In this document: one piece after another, positions 50,950 through 63,312 of the stretch
Numbering within the stretch: position 1 is the stretch's first letter
Layout: each line of letters starts with the position of its first letter
Source of the DNA: Chiloscyllium plagiosum
Lineage: Eukaryota
Length of the DNA: 64,000 nucleotides
NCBI RefSeq assembly: GCF_004010195.1
Contig: NC_057720.1
Span: 8,637,866-8,701,865 of the forward strand
Reading direction: 5' to 3'
Position numbers and translations under genes: made by a program
The notes under the pieces: model-generated
Told to the model about the DNA's origin: nothing
Database searches by the model: none
What the model saw: only the letters and a program-made list of their open reading frames with translations

Positions 50950-51149
50950 CATGTCAAAATCAAGCCAAGCACAGTCAAAAATTGTCAATAGCTCATAGAT
51001 CTGTTACAACCTGAAGCATCACTTTATTTTAACTTGGAACCCAACAGTTCAAAAACAGATGTCACGTCCAGTTTGTTCAACGTGAGATCTAGGAAGCTGA
51101 AAACAATTGTTAACCATCATTATAAAGCACTTTATAACTATTCTCAGAA

Positions 51150-51835
51150 GCTCAGAGGATCTGGGGTGCTGGTTCACAGGTTGCTAAAGGCAGTAAGACA
51201 GGTTAGTAACATATTTAAGAAAGCATGTGTGACACTTACTTTGTTTTGTCATGGCACATATTATAAACAAGGAGGTAATGTCGGAGGTGTACAGAACTTT
51301 ACTAAGGCCACAGCTGGAGTACTATGTGTAGTTTTGCTAAATGCACTGTAGGAAGGACGTGATTGCGTTGGAGGAGGTGCAGAGGGGATTCACTAGGATG
51401 TTGAGATGAAGCATTTCAGCAACGAAGAGAGTCTTGAGTTGTTTCCTTTGGAGTAAAGAAGGTTGAGGCAGGGTCCTGGCAGAGGTGTACAACATTATAA
51501 GGACATAGACAGGGTGGATAGAAAGCAACTGTTCCTCTTCATTGAAAGGTCAAACATAATTTTAAGGTGAAAGGCAGGAGGTTTAGAGGGGATTTGAGGA
51601 AAAGCATTTTTCTCCCAGAGATTGATGGGGAACGCAGTACTTGGAAGTCCAGTTGAAGCAGGAAACCTCAAAACCTTTAAAAAGCACTTGGATGAGCACT
51701 TGTAATGTCATAATATTCAGGATATAGTCCAAGATCTGGAAGGTGGGACAAGTGTAGATTTAGAGCAGCTTTTGTCAGTGCAGATACAATGAGTCAAAAG
51801 GCCTTTTCTGTGCAGTATGATAATATGATTCTATG
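51150..51835 (+). mobile_element. Old CR1 3' fragment
   Basis: DLGVLVHRLLK..RPQLEYYV coding; ATTCTATG tail. Confidence 0.8.
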
Positions 51836-52204
51836 AAAATTTGACTTTAGACTGCAAAAGGAGGCATTATGATGGAGATCGAAAGAAGTTCTGGTCAAAG
51901 AGGTAAGTTTTCAGGACAATGGCAGATTACATTATCTTTGCAGCAGTCATCACTTTTCACCAGGAAGTGTAATTCATCGTTAAGTAGCCAGTGTGTCAAC
52001 TCCCTTTCTTCCCAAGGAGAATCCCACAATGGAATAAGCTATCAAAGGATAAAGGTCACTGTCCTTTCAGTTGAAATCTTTAACACTCATCTTCTGATTC
52101 TTTCCATTTTAAAGTTTCCGTTGTTGTGAAGGGCTAATGCTGAAGACTTAATTAAGCTCCACCAAGTCTGATAATATCATCAGAACTTGGGTGGGGAAAG
52201 ACAG

Positions 52205-52600
52205 AACATCTTAGGATCTCCTGTGACCTTCAAGTCTCCCAATAGTCTTAGGAACACTGTCTATCTTGCTCTTGTCACTTGCATCTGATTATTATTAGTA
52301 ATTATTTTATTACTTATTTCTTTATTACTTATTACTTAGGATCTCAAAGGATCCTGAGGTCTCCTGAGAGCTGAGGTAACATCATCTATCTTACTAATGT
52401 AACTCATACCAGATTACTATCAGTAGTTCCTTTATTATTTATTATTACTTATCACTATATTACTTATTACTTTATTGCAGATTTTAGTACTTTATTCTAT
52501 TACTTAGCATCTCAAAGGACACTACCACTTCAAGGTCCCATAGTAGTCAAAGTAACACTGCCCATCTTACTAATACAGCTTATTTATGATTACTTTTGTA
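52205..52600. repeat. Degenerate tandem repeat, three units with TTATTAC-rich spacers
   Basis: CTTAG(G/C)ATCTC...AACA(C/T)...ATCTT(G/A)CT recurs at ~52210, ~52335 and ~52503. Confidence 0.6.
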
Positions 52601-53011
52601 CAATAAACCTCATTTTGCTTCAGTGAACAGCCACTCTTCGTTAGATGGACAACCTGGTGTATTAGTCCTGCTACTTTAAGCCAAGTTGGCCCAGTGGATT
52701 AAATCAGGAAATGAGGATGATAGCAATAACTACCTCAATACATGTTGGCAGATGCTGGCATATTCCGATGGCATTAATTATCTGCTGTCTCAGCAGATAA
52801 TCCCTGTTTATCCAAGTACTGCCTAAGCAAATGACTGTAAACATCTCAATCTGTGATGCAGACACAGTTAAAAACGAAGTAGATGAAGATGGGCAAACGG
52901 GTTGGTTTTGCAGATGAGCTAGGATTGAACTAAATGGAAGAGCTGGGGCTGAATGGTCTGTTCTGACCTTACTTGATCTATGACCCACACTTAGGAAAAC
53001 AAAAGAATCAT

Positions 53012-53326
53012 TTAGATTAGATTAGATTACAGTGTGGAAACAGGCCCTTCGGCCCAACAAGTCCACACCGACCCGCCGAAGCGAAACCCACCCATACCCC
53101 TACATTTACCCCTTACCTAACACTACGGACAATTTAGCATGGCCAATTCACCTGACCCTGCACATCTTTGGACTGTGGGAGGAAACCGGAGCACCCGGAG
53201 GAAACCCACGCAGACACGGGGAGAATGTGCGAACTCCACACAGTCAGTCGCCTGAGGCGGGAATTGAACCCGGGTCTCTGGCGCTGTGAGGCAGCAGTGC
53301 TAACCACTGTGCCACTGTGCCGCCCA
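53012..53326 (-). mobile_element. Young full-length HE1/V-SINE
   Basis: Intact A/B boxes, CpG-rich, (ATTAG)n tail. Confidence 0.95.
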
Positions 53327-54737
53327 CATTTCTTGAGCCAAAGAATTTGGATTGAAGAGGGAGGTAGTTTGTATCTTTAAAGTGGGCTTCTGGTAGTGAA
53401 CCATCCAAGCAAAAGGCCACGAATACGCTGTACGGAGCTGCAAAGTGGTTTATCAACAACTGGCTCCAATACTCTCGAAAACAGAATCACTTACAAAAGG
53501 GGTTAAGTGTTCACAAGTTAATATTGCATGGCACAACTTCACTGCAACTTAATATTTGTGTCACGGTACTGTCTTAACAGCATTTTATTGCCAATTTTAA
53601 GACCAAAGCAGCAATATGCTAGGTCAGCTATCATCACTGTCTGTTTGCCTTGAATCTCAGAGAAGGTATATGCCGAGATTTCTTAAGGGAACAATTTTTG
53701 AAAGTATGAAATGACAGGCTTTTAAAAATAAAAGTTGACATGCATTACAGCAAAATGAATGTCAACTTCTGCTTTTTTCCCTCTTCTCCAACAGGGAGCA
53801 AATGATTTGGAGGCTTTCTTTCTGTTCTTGGGTAGTGAGCACTGTGAGGAAGACCAGGGAAAAGGTCAACATTGTAGAAACCCCAAAGTAAAGGAAAAGG
53901 CTATTCTGAGCTGTTGCTCGCTAACTTCTTTTCAGAATCTTGACATGTCACGTATCACCACTTGCTGAACTCCCAGCCACGGGGCTGTCAATCAACTCAG
54001 CTCCTTTCTCTCTCTGACAGGTGACACACATCGCCGAATGAGAGTGCACTCAGTGAGCAACCGTGCAATTCTTCGAAGCCGTCAAGGAGGAATTTGTCGT
54101 CCCTCATAAACAAAGTAGTTAGAATTAAGTTTGTGAAACCTGGAATTGTTCAACCCAAGCAACAGTCTGTGAATCGCACACAGGAGACAAGATTGAACCT
54201 CAGGGTCATTCCCCAGTACACTTCGCTTTTCATGCAAAAACAACAACTAAACTCAGAAAAGAGCAAACCTACACTTATTTAGCACCTTATCACATCCATA
54301 AGAGAGAGATGTCTTGCAGTTTTACATAGCATTACCGCAATAGGGCTAGGCCAGTCAGCATCTTCGGTCTGTTCTCGCATTCTGTAGTTAGCCATCATGA
54401 CTGATCATCGAGTGGTATTGTACAGCAGAGGCCCTGCAGCCCATTGTATCTGTACCATTAAGAATACCCTACTGTCTATACTAGATCCACTTTGCTACAC
54501 TAGGCCCAGAGCCTTAATCTTAGAAAGCAGCATAGAATGAAGTCATTTAGCCCACTAAGTCAATACTAGTTGCTTGAGTGCATTGTTTAATTAGTCCCAT
54601 TTCCCCTGCTCTCCCCATTGTTTTCAAATATATACCCAATTACATTTGAAAGTTTATGTTAAATCAGCATCCAACACCATTTTTTGGTTCTGGGGAGGTG
54701 ATGGCCTAGTGGTATCTTTGCTGGGTTCTTAATTCTG

Positions 54738-55824
54738 AGGTGAAAATGTGTTGCTGGAAAAACGCAGCAAGTCAGGCAGCATCCAAGGAGCAGGAGAATT
54801 GACGTTTCGGGCATGAGCCCTTCTTCAGGAATGAGGAAAGTGTGCCAAGCAGGCTAAGTAGGGAGGAGGGACTTGGGGGAGGGGCATTGGAAATGCGATA
54901 GGTGGAAGGAGGTTAAGGTGAGGGTGATAAGGTGAGGGTGATAGGCCGGAGTGNNNNNNNNNNNNNNNNNNNNNNNNNNNNNNNNNNNNNNNNNNNGGGT
55001 GGTTGGGTTGGTTGGTCCGGGTGTCCCAGAGGTGTTCTCTGAAACGTTCCGCAAGTAGGCGGCCTGTCTCCCCAATATAGAGGAGGCCACATCGGGTGCA
55101 GCGGATGCAGTAAATGATGTGTGTGGAAGTGCAGGTAAATTTGCGATGGATGTGGAAGGATGCCTTGGGGCCTTGGAGGAAGTAAGGGGGGAGGTGTGGG
55201 TGCAAGTTTTGCATTTCTTGCGGTTGCAGAGGAAGGTGCCGGGAGTGGAGGCTGGGTTGGTGGGGGGTGTGGACCTGATGAGGGAGTCACGGAGGGAGTG
55301 GTCTTTCCGGAACTCTGATAGGGGAGGGGAGGGAAATATATCCCTGGTGGTGGGGTCCGTTTGGAGGTGGCGGAAGTGACGACGGATGATACGATGTATA
55401 TGGAGGTTGATGGGTTGGTAAGTGAGGACCAGTGGGGTTCTGTCCTGGTGGCGATTGGAGGGGCGGGGCTCAAGGACGGAGGAGCAGGAAGTGGAGGAGA
55501 TGCAGTGGAGAGTATCGTCGACCACATCTGGGGGGAATTGCGGTCTTTGAAGAAGGAGGCCATCTGTGTTTTTCGGTATTGGAACTGGTCCTCCTGGGAG
55601 CAGATGCAGCGGAGGTGAAGGAATTGGGAATGTGGGATGGCGTTTTTACAGGGGGCAGGGTGGGAGGAGGTGTAGTCTAGGTAGCTGTGGGAGTCGGTCG
55701 GTTTATAGTAAATGTCCGTGTTGATTCGGTCGCCAGAGATAGAAATGGAGAGGTCCAGGAAGGGGAGGGAGGAGTCTGAGACGGTCCAAGTAAATTTGAG
55801 GTCGGGGTGGAAGGTGTTAGTAAA
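54738..55824 (-). mobile_element. 5'-truncated Neptune-like PLE (family A): RT C-terminus, linker, GIY-YIG, pLTR with HHR
   Basis: NTFHPDLKFTW..LPFLDL..YYKPTDSHSYLDYTSSHP; CNRKKCKTC; HIIYCIRCTRCGLLYIGETGRLLAERFREH; HHR at ~54797-54832; 12-bp TSD TTCTTAATTCTG at 54726-54737 and 55825-55836. Confidence 0.95.
54954..54996. other. Assembly gap
   Basis: Run of N. Confidence 1.
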
Positions 55825-56521
55825 TTCTTAATTCTGGGGATCTGGGTTCAAATCCTGCCTTAGCTGATGGCGGAATTTGAATTCAAGACAATTCTAGAAT
55901 TAGGGGACTAATAATGACCATAAAGCCAATGACAACTGTCAAGAAAAACCCATTTGATTCACTAATGCTCTTTAGGGAAGGAATCTACATTCTGACCTAC
56001 ATGTGACTCCAGACTCCCAACAATGTGAATGACTCTGAGTTGGCCTCTGGGAAATAAATGCTGGCCTCGACAGAGATGCTCATATTCTATGAGTGATTTT
56101 TAAAAATTCTTTGCAATTAATCTCCATTTTTCCACGTTTTTCATCATTTCTTTCCTAAGATCCATCTGTTAACCTCAGTTTTGAAAGTCTCACAGCCCTT
56201 TAGGATGGAATGGCTATTCCACATTTCAACAATGGAAAAAATATTTCTTGGTTGGCCTTGAGTTTATGTATTTAATATTGGGGTGTGGTGGAGAGTTTTA
56301 TTTTCTTGTGGAGGGAGGAATGGGGTTGGAAAAGAGAAAAAATAATTTGACATTGTTGAGGGGAGGCAATGGGCTAATGGCTTTATCACTAGCTTATTAA
56401 TCCAGAGACCCAGATGATATTCTGTGGACCCAAGTTCAAATCCTACCGAGGCAGATGGTGGAAATTAAATTCAATAAAAAGCTGGAATTAAGAGCTTAGT
56501 GATGACAATGAAACCATTGTC

Positions 56522-56863
56522 GGGCAGCATGGATGCTCAGTGGTTAGCCCTGCTGCCTCACTGCGCCGGGACCCGGGTTTGATTCCAGTCTTGGATGACT
56601 GTCCTTGTGGAGTTTGCACATCCTCCCCTGTGTCTGCTTGGATTCCCTCCAGGTGCTCTGGTCTCCTCCCATAGTCCAAAGATGCACATATCAGGTAGAT
56701 TGGCCATGCTAAATTGCCCGTAGTGTCCAGGGATTTGCAGGCTAGGCGGGTTAGCCACGGGAAATGCAGGGTTACAGGGATAAGGTGAGTCTGGGTGGGA
56801 TGGCGGTTCAGTGTGGATTTGATGGGTCGAATGGCCTGCTTCCACATTGCAGGGATTTTATGA
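56522..56863 (+). mobile_element. HE1/V-SINE nested in a family 2 SINE (~56360-56930)
   Basis: Family 2 body resumes at ATTGTTAGGAAAACCCATCTGGTTCACT after the HE1 tail. Confidence 0.85.
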
Positions 56864-57239
56864 TTGTTAGGAAAACCCATCTGGTTCACTTAAATTCTAC
56901 ATGTGGTGCTCACATTCTGTGAATGAATGAAACAAAGCTTCAATTTCTCGTAAATTTTGGTTTGGCCTTTCACAGGATGAGTAGAATATAAAGGTGAATA
57001 TTGTAAATACCTCTTCTGGGTGGCCAATGTGAAGACCATACAAGTTTTGAATTTTCTTCCTCATATCTTTTTCTTTGGTGAATGGAGATTGAGGAACAAG
57101 AGAAAAGCAGTCTCTGAGTTTGAGTTTTAATGTCCGCTAGGGAAGATATGCTGTGGAATCTGGAACATTCTGCCATACAAATGGTAAATGTCTTGACAAA
57201 AATGTCAGTACTCAAAGTTATCATTTTTTCCATTGTGGG

Positions 57240-57690
57240 CCCCACTGTTGGCAGAGACAGGAGAGTGGGGAATGAGGAAATGGTAAAGAAACTAAATAAA
57301 GTTCATCTCTGGAAGATACAAAAAGAAACCTCCCCAGAATACTAGAAAATCAAGAGATCAGCAAGAACTATGAATTGAATGAAATTAGTAACAGTAAATA
57401 GTGAAAAAAATAACTGAAGGAGTTAATGGGACTAAACATCAGTAAATCTGTTAATGAAAGACACTCCAGAGCATTAGAAACAATCACTGTAGAGACAGAA
57501 AGTAGGAAACACGAGCAGTGCTTTGTCTGGAGGCTCACTGAAGATGTTACCTAGTATGGTGATGAAACATCAGAAAATGAACCTTCCAGCTCAGCGAGCA
57601 AACGTCCACCCAGCTGTAGGGATAGTAAACACATTGGTCATCATCTTTCAAAATTCTACAGACTCTGAATTGGCTTCTGCAGGTTGAAGA
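57240..57690 (+). mobile_element. Old CR1 ORF2 internal fragment
   Basis: KELMGLNISKS..TPEH/PRALE..LVIIFQNSTDS-type linker coding. Confidence 0.65.
57499..57613 (+). mobile_element. PLE family D mini-insertion with hammerhead motif
   Basis: CTGAAGA(57538-57544)-T-GTTACC-TAGTAT-GGTGAT-GAAA-CATC; probable TSD CTGTAG(A/G)GA(C/T)AG at 57487-57498 and 57614-57625. Confidence 0.8.
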
Positions 57691-57869
57691 CATCACTGGT
57701 TAAACCAGCATTTATTACCCATCTCTAATTTCCCAGAAGGCAGTTAAGAGTCAATCACATTGCTGTGAATCTAGAGTCGCATGTTGGCCACACCAACTAA
57801 GTACAATTCCCATCCCTAAAGGACATGGAGTTAGATGGTGTCTAACTCGATGCATTTGTTGATGGAGTT

Positions 57870-58127
57870 TCGGAACACTATCAACAAACACATTGAGTTA
57901 GATCCCATCTACCAACCCCTGAGAAAAAGAACAGAAAATGCTATCACCACAGGAAATGACCATCACAGGAAATGACATCACCTACCCAAAGAAACCCAAA
58001 CATATAAATAGAAAACAGGAATCACCAGCAATGCTTCACCTGGAGGCCCACTGAAGATGTTACCTAGTAGGGTGACAAAACGTCTGGAAATGAACCTTCC
58101 AGCTCAGTGAGCAAACCTACATCCAGA
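57870..58127 (+). mobile_element. PLE family D 3' pLTR with hammerhead motif
   Basis: Homologous to 42050-42175; cca-CTGAAGA(58051-58057)-T-GTTACC-TAGTAG-GGTGAC-AAAA-CGTC-tgg. Confidence 0.85.
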
Positions 58128-58196
58128 TTACCATTCTGCTTTCATCTTCACCATACTTTCAAAATTACATATCGATGTACTGGGGAGCTCTGCTCT

Positions 58197-58697
58197 CATA
58201 GAGTCATAGTTATAGTGTCACAGAATCATACGGCATCAAACAGACCTTTTGGTCCAACCAGTCCATGCCAAACATAATTGCAAACTAAACTTGTCCCACC
58301 TGACTGTTCCTTGCTCATATCCCTCCAAACATTTCCTATTATGTACTTACCCAAATGTCTTTGAAACGCTGTAACTGTATTTGTATCCACCACTTCCTCA
58401 GGAGGTTTATTCCACACAAGAACCACCCTCTGTGTAAAATATTTGCTCCTCATGTCTTTTTTAAATCCCTCTCATCTTGCCTTAAAAATGTGCCCCCTAG
58501 TCTTGAAATTCCACATCCTAGGGAAAAGATAACTATCATTAACTCTATTTGTATCCCTCATGATTTTATAAACTTTTATCAGGTTACCTCCCAAATTCCT
58601 ACGCTCCAGTGAAAAAAGGCCCAGTTTATCCAGCCTTTCTTTATACCTCAAACCTTCCATACCTGGCAACATCCCGGTAAATGTGTTATGAACCCTT
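58197..58697 (-). mobile_element. CR1 3' end
   Basis: FTGMLPGMEGLRYKERLDKLGLFSLERR. Confidence 0.9.
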
Positions 58698-60097
58698 GCT
58701 TTAGAAAGAGATTTGAAAAGCACATGTCATCTTCAACTTTTAAGAAAACAGTTTTGATGTTGAAGGTAAGAAACAAAACGTAAACACCTGATTCATTCAT
58801 TCACTGTGAGTAAATATAAAAACAGGCTGGTGGGTATAAGTTGTCCAAGGGTATGGGGAGACAATAGGATTATGTTGTTAAGATGGAAGAACTGCCATAA
58901 AGATGCTGAATTTTGGAACAGATTTATCAAGCTAAAAAGCCTATTCCTGTTCCTATTATCTATCTATTCATTAATTAATTGACAATCTGTCTTCAAATGG
59001 AAATGAACACATCTGCAGCTTTAATAACATTGAATAAACTGTTGTTTCAGATTAATGGAATGCACAGTTGTCATTTCCCAAAATCTGTTCTGATAGCTGG
59101 AACTATTGTGAATGTATGGTTCAGTTTCAAAAGTCCTGAAGCACTAACCTCACTAAAGTGCCTATACTCACAGTCAACAGAATGTTTAAGAAATTATTGC
59201 ATGAGTATCTACATTCAATGACTTCAGTGTTTATTTTTATGACACAGACCATTTGAGTATATTTTAATGTTTTATGATGTAATGTTTTTGAATATGACTC
59301 CTCAATTAGATTTTTTGATGTTTATGTTTTTTAAATAGCCATGCCAAAAGATATTCATAGTGGATACTGAGTCAATAACTATGACTTGCCGATCAATCAG
59401 AGTTTCTTTTCTCCTGCAATATTAATTATTGTGATCATTTGAAATTTGGTATTCTTGCATTTGTCCTGATGAGGGCAAGTTGAAAAGCCTCTGCAACATA
59501 TTTTTCTTCTTAGCAATATTTGAATTTTGTACAAAATTAAATCTTAATGGTCTTTTCAACCTATCTATTATTTTGTAGAAATCTTTCTTCAATACTTACT
59601 TCTGACTGTTGAGTCATGCCTCATGGTTTTTTATGGACCTCATGGTCCTTCAAGGAGACTCAAATAAAAACAAATTACTGCAGCAGCCGGAAATCTAAAG
59701 TAAAAGCAAAAAGTGCTGGAAACTCAGCAGGTGAAATAATTAGAGTTATCATTTTCAGTTCAGTATGACTCTTCTGGAGAACTGGAAGGAGCCGTTAACA
59801 GAGGGAGATCAAGACTAAGTGGAACAGATGATGAGTGTGAACAGAGGAAACCACAAAGGCAGCGAAAATGTTGGTAAAGGAGTGACAGAGATGTAAAATA
59901 GGTGTTAATCTTAGTTTTGAAAAGGAGAAAATGTTTCTGCCATTTGTTGGTACCAATTTTTCTCTGAAACATTAACTGAGATCTTATGCAACCTCTGGGA
60001 TGGAGTTAAAAGATAATTTGATGAAGAGCAGAAGGAATTGCCCTGATGCACTGTTCAACATTTATCCTCCAATCAACATTAAGAAAGAGATAGCAAT

Positions 60098-60428
60098 CAT
60101 AGTATCTTTACAGTGTAGAAATAGGCCATTTGGCCCATTAGGTCCATGCTGACCTTCCAAAGAACACCCTACCCCTACCCTATCCCTGCATTTTCCCATG
60201 GCTAATTGACCTACGTTGCACATCCTTCGACACTGCAGGGCAATCTAGCATGGCCAATCAATCCAGCCTTCACATCTTGGGACTGTGGGAGGAAACTGGA
60301 GTACTCAGAGGAAACCCACACAGACACAGAGAGAATGTACAAACTCCACACAGACATTTGCCCAAGGGTGGAATCAAACTCAGATCCCTGATGCTGTGAG
60401 ACAATGTTAACCATTGAGTCATCATGCT
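60098..60428 (-). mobile_element. HE1/V-SINE
   Basis: Homology to other copies. Confidence 0.85.
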
Positions 60429-60439
60429 ACGCAAAACAT

Positions 60440-60815
60440 TGTACTCCATGTATGAGATCGAGAGAACACAATCAAGGCTGACACTCTAGTGCAGGACTGA
60501 CGGAGTGCTGCATTGCCAAAGATGTTAACTTTCAAGTAGACTGTTATATTGAGGCACTATCTACTCTTGCAAGTGCACTTAAAATATCCCACAATGTTAT
60601 TTTGAAGAGAAACTGGGGGATTATTCTTTGTGTTCTGGCATCTATTTGTCCCTCAATCAATACCACATAAACAAGCTGTATGGTCATGGTCATATTCCTT
60701 CTTGGGGGAGTTTGATATGTGCAAATTGGCTGCCAGATTTCCAAACAGACCACAGTGAATACATTTCAATTGTACATAGAGTGCCTAAGATGTTCTGTCA
60801 ATGCAAATTCTTTCC
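60440..60815 (+). mobile_element. Deu-domain SINE (SacSINE1/AmnSINE1-like), ancient
   Basis: AGGCTGACACTCTAGTGCAGGACTGACGGAGTGCTGCA and TGTGCAAATTGGCTGCC blocks recalled from the DeuSINE consensus; fragments also near 6600-6790, 18510-18720, 29370-29670, 50340-50620(-). Confidence 0.65.
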
Positions 60816-61027
60816 TTTTTTAGTCAGAAATGCTGTAGATTTAGCATGAAAATAATTCTATTGTCTTAACATTTAACATCACTAGTACATACAAAGCACT
60901 AATATCAAAGAGATTGTACACAGTAGGAAACAAATGTAGACTGTGCGGTCCTTTGACAGGGAGTTGTCATAAAGTTTGCATCGTACTGGAATATCTCAAG
61001 GAAATGATCGCTGTGGTCAAATTTATC

Positions 61028-61359
61028 AGATTAGATTAGATTAGATTAGATTAGATTAGATTACTTACAGTGTGGAAACAGGCCCTTCGGCCCAACAAGT
61101 CCACACCGCCCCGCCGAAACGCAACCCACCCATGCCCCTACATTTACCCCTTACCTAACACTACGGGCAATTTAGCATGGCCAATTCACCTGACCTGCAC
61201 ATCTTTGGACTGTGGGAGGAAACCGGAGCACCCGGAGGAAACCCACGCAGACACGGGGAGAACGTACAAATTCCACACAGTCGCCTGAGGCGGAAATTGA
61301 ACCCGGGTCTCTGGCGCTGCGAGGCAGCAGTGCTAACCACTGTGCCACCGTGCCGCCCA
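61028..61359 (-). mobile_element. Young full-length HE1/V-SINE
   Basis: Intact head, CpG-rich, long (ATTAG)n tail. Confidence 0.95.
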
Positions 61360-61429
61360 CTGTCTTATATCTTGACCCCAAGCCCCTCCTTAGGTGTTAA
61401 TTAACACACAATGACAGTTCCTTTATGCG

Positions 61430-62180
61430 TGAGCTGACAGTACAGGACATTGGCTCGGCCATTTTTGGAATACTGTGTTCAGTTCTGGTCTCACTGCGAT
61501 AGGAAAGATGTGGTGAACTTGAAAGGGTGCAGAAAAGATTTACAAGAATGTTGCCAAGGTTGAAGCGTTTGAGCTAGAGGGAGCGGCTCAATAGGCTGGG
61601 GCTGTTTTTCCCAGGAGTGTCTGAGGGGTGATCTTATAGAGGTTTATAAAATCATGAGGGGCATGGATAGACTGAATAGCCAAAGTCCTTGCCCCAGAAT
61701 AGGGGAGTCCAAAACTAGAGGGAATAGTTTTAAGATGAGAGGGGAAAGATATAGATTAGATTCCCTACAGTGTGGAAACAAACCCTTTGGCCCAACAAGT
61801 CCACACCAACCCTCCGAAGAGCAACCCACCCAGACCTACTTCCCTCTAACCAATGCACCTAAAACCATGGGCAATTTAACATGGCCAATTCACCTGACTT
61901 GTACATCTTTGGATTGTGGGAGAAAACCACGGCACCCAGAGGAAACCTGTGCAGACACAGGGGGAACGTGCAAACTCCACACAGTCACCCAGAGCTGGCA
62001 GAGGAATTGGTGGCATCTGATACAATTATAACATTTAAAAGGCATCTGGATGGGTATATAAATAGGAAGGTTTTAGAGGGATATGGATCAAATGCTGGCA
62101 AATGAGACTAGATGAATTTGGGATATCTGGTTAGCATGGACAATTGGTCTATTTCTATGCTGTCCAGCTCTATGACTCGA
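61430..62180 (+). mobile_element. CR1 (HER1-like) 3' fragment with nested HE1 SINE (61752-61992, -)
   Basis: RPFLEYCVQFWS..LRGDLIEVYKIMRGMDR; CTATGACT tail. Confidence 0.9.
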
Positions 62181-62764
62181 TATGTATTTACATCCTCAGT
62201 TCATCTCCTTGATGACATTTATTCCTTGAGAATCTTCCATAAGTTACAAAATTCATAAACAGCTTTGAGCGTCTAACAATGTGGTTCTTCACAATGTTTA
62301 GGCTAACTCCCAAAAAGAAAAGCGAATTGTGAAGGATAAAGTGTCGAAAGCCTCACTCTCAGCATTACCACTCTTAATACAAGTGCACATTGAATAGCAC
62401 AGTAGAAAATGTGGCTATTCGACCATTTCTTCTTCTGTCATCTCTTTGAGTTCTCCAATTATTGTCACTCATCCCTTAGGCTTGTGTCCATTAGACCCAT
62501 TAATTTCTCCCAATTACTTTTGGAAAGTTGTTTTTGAATCTGCTTCCAACATACCTTCAGGCATTGTACTGTAGATTAATATGGTCACATGGAAGACCAT
62601 GCAAAACTTAACTTATTATGCTTTTACAGCTAATGTTTCTTGTTCATTGTGAGTGTGTTGAAGTGCTTTTGTCTCTTAACCATTTCCTCTCATTTGCAAG
62701 AATGTAAAATCATCATCTGTTTCTGGTGAATACTTGTTATTTATTTTCAGGTAATATGTGAGGG

Positions 62765-63290
62765 CTTTCTTTTCTTCATTCTGGAGATGAGAGCATGGCT
62801 GGCTCAGACAGCATTTATTGCACATCCTCAGTTGCCTTAGAGAGAGTGAGGTTGGGTTACCTTCATGGACCGCTGCAATTCAGGAACATCTACAGTGATG
62901 TTGAGGAGGGATTGATAGGATTTTGACACAAGAACAGTGATATAATCCTAAATCAGGGTGGCGCATGGCTCAGAGGTGAACTCGAAGGTGATGATGTTTT
63001 CTTTTTTGTCTGCGGATCTTCTTTGTATGAAGGTTGTAGCTTTGGAAACTTCTTTAAGGAACCCTAGTGAGTTGTTGAAGTGTATCTTGTAGATAATACA
63101 TACTGCAGCCACAGTACAGCAGTAGTGGAGGGATTGAATGTTGAATGTAGTGGATGGGGTACCAATGAAGCAGGCTACTTTGTCCTGGATAGTGTCAAGC
63201 TTCTTGAGTGTTGTTGGAACTGCACGCATCCAGCCAACTGGGGAGCATCCTATCACACCGAAACCTGTCTCTTGTAAGTAGTGGATGAAG
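62765..63290 (-). mobile_element. L2/CR1-group LINE 3' part
   Basis: ORF 62948-63256 PTTLKKLDTIQDKVACFIG..SLHYCCTVAAVCIIYKIH. Confidence 0.8.
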
Positions 63291-63312
63291 GCATCTCACC
63301 TAACTAAATATA

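Larger units (their letters stand above)
54692..56095 (+). mobile_element. tRNA-derived SINE (family 2) split by a PLE
   Basis: A box TGGCCTAGTGG at ~54702; B box GGGTTCAAATCC at ~55844 after the insertion. Confidence 0.75.

Noticed and set aside
53032..53380. Recurrent ORF family (MWKQALRPNKS.., DCGRKPEHPEET..)
   Set aside because: Antisense translations of HE1 SINE copies, not a gene family
53760..54110. Strong splice-acceptor-like tracts near 53794 and 54020
   Set aside because: Downstream frames give no recognisable protein and no convincing donor; a non-coding exon cannot be excluded without RNA data
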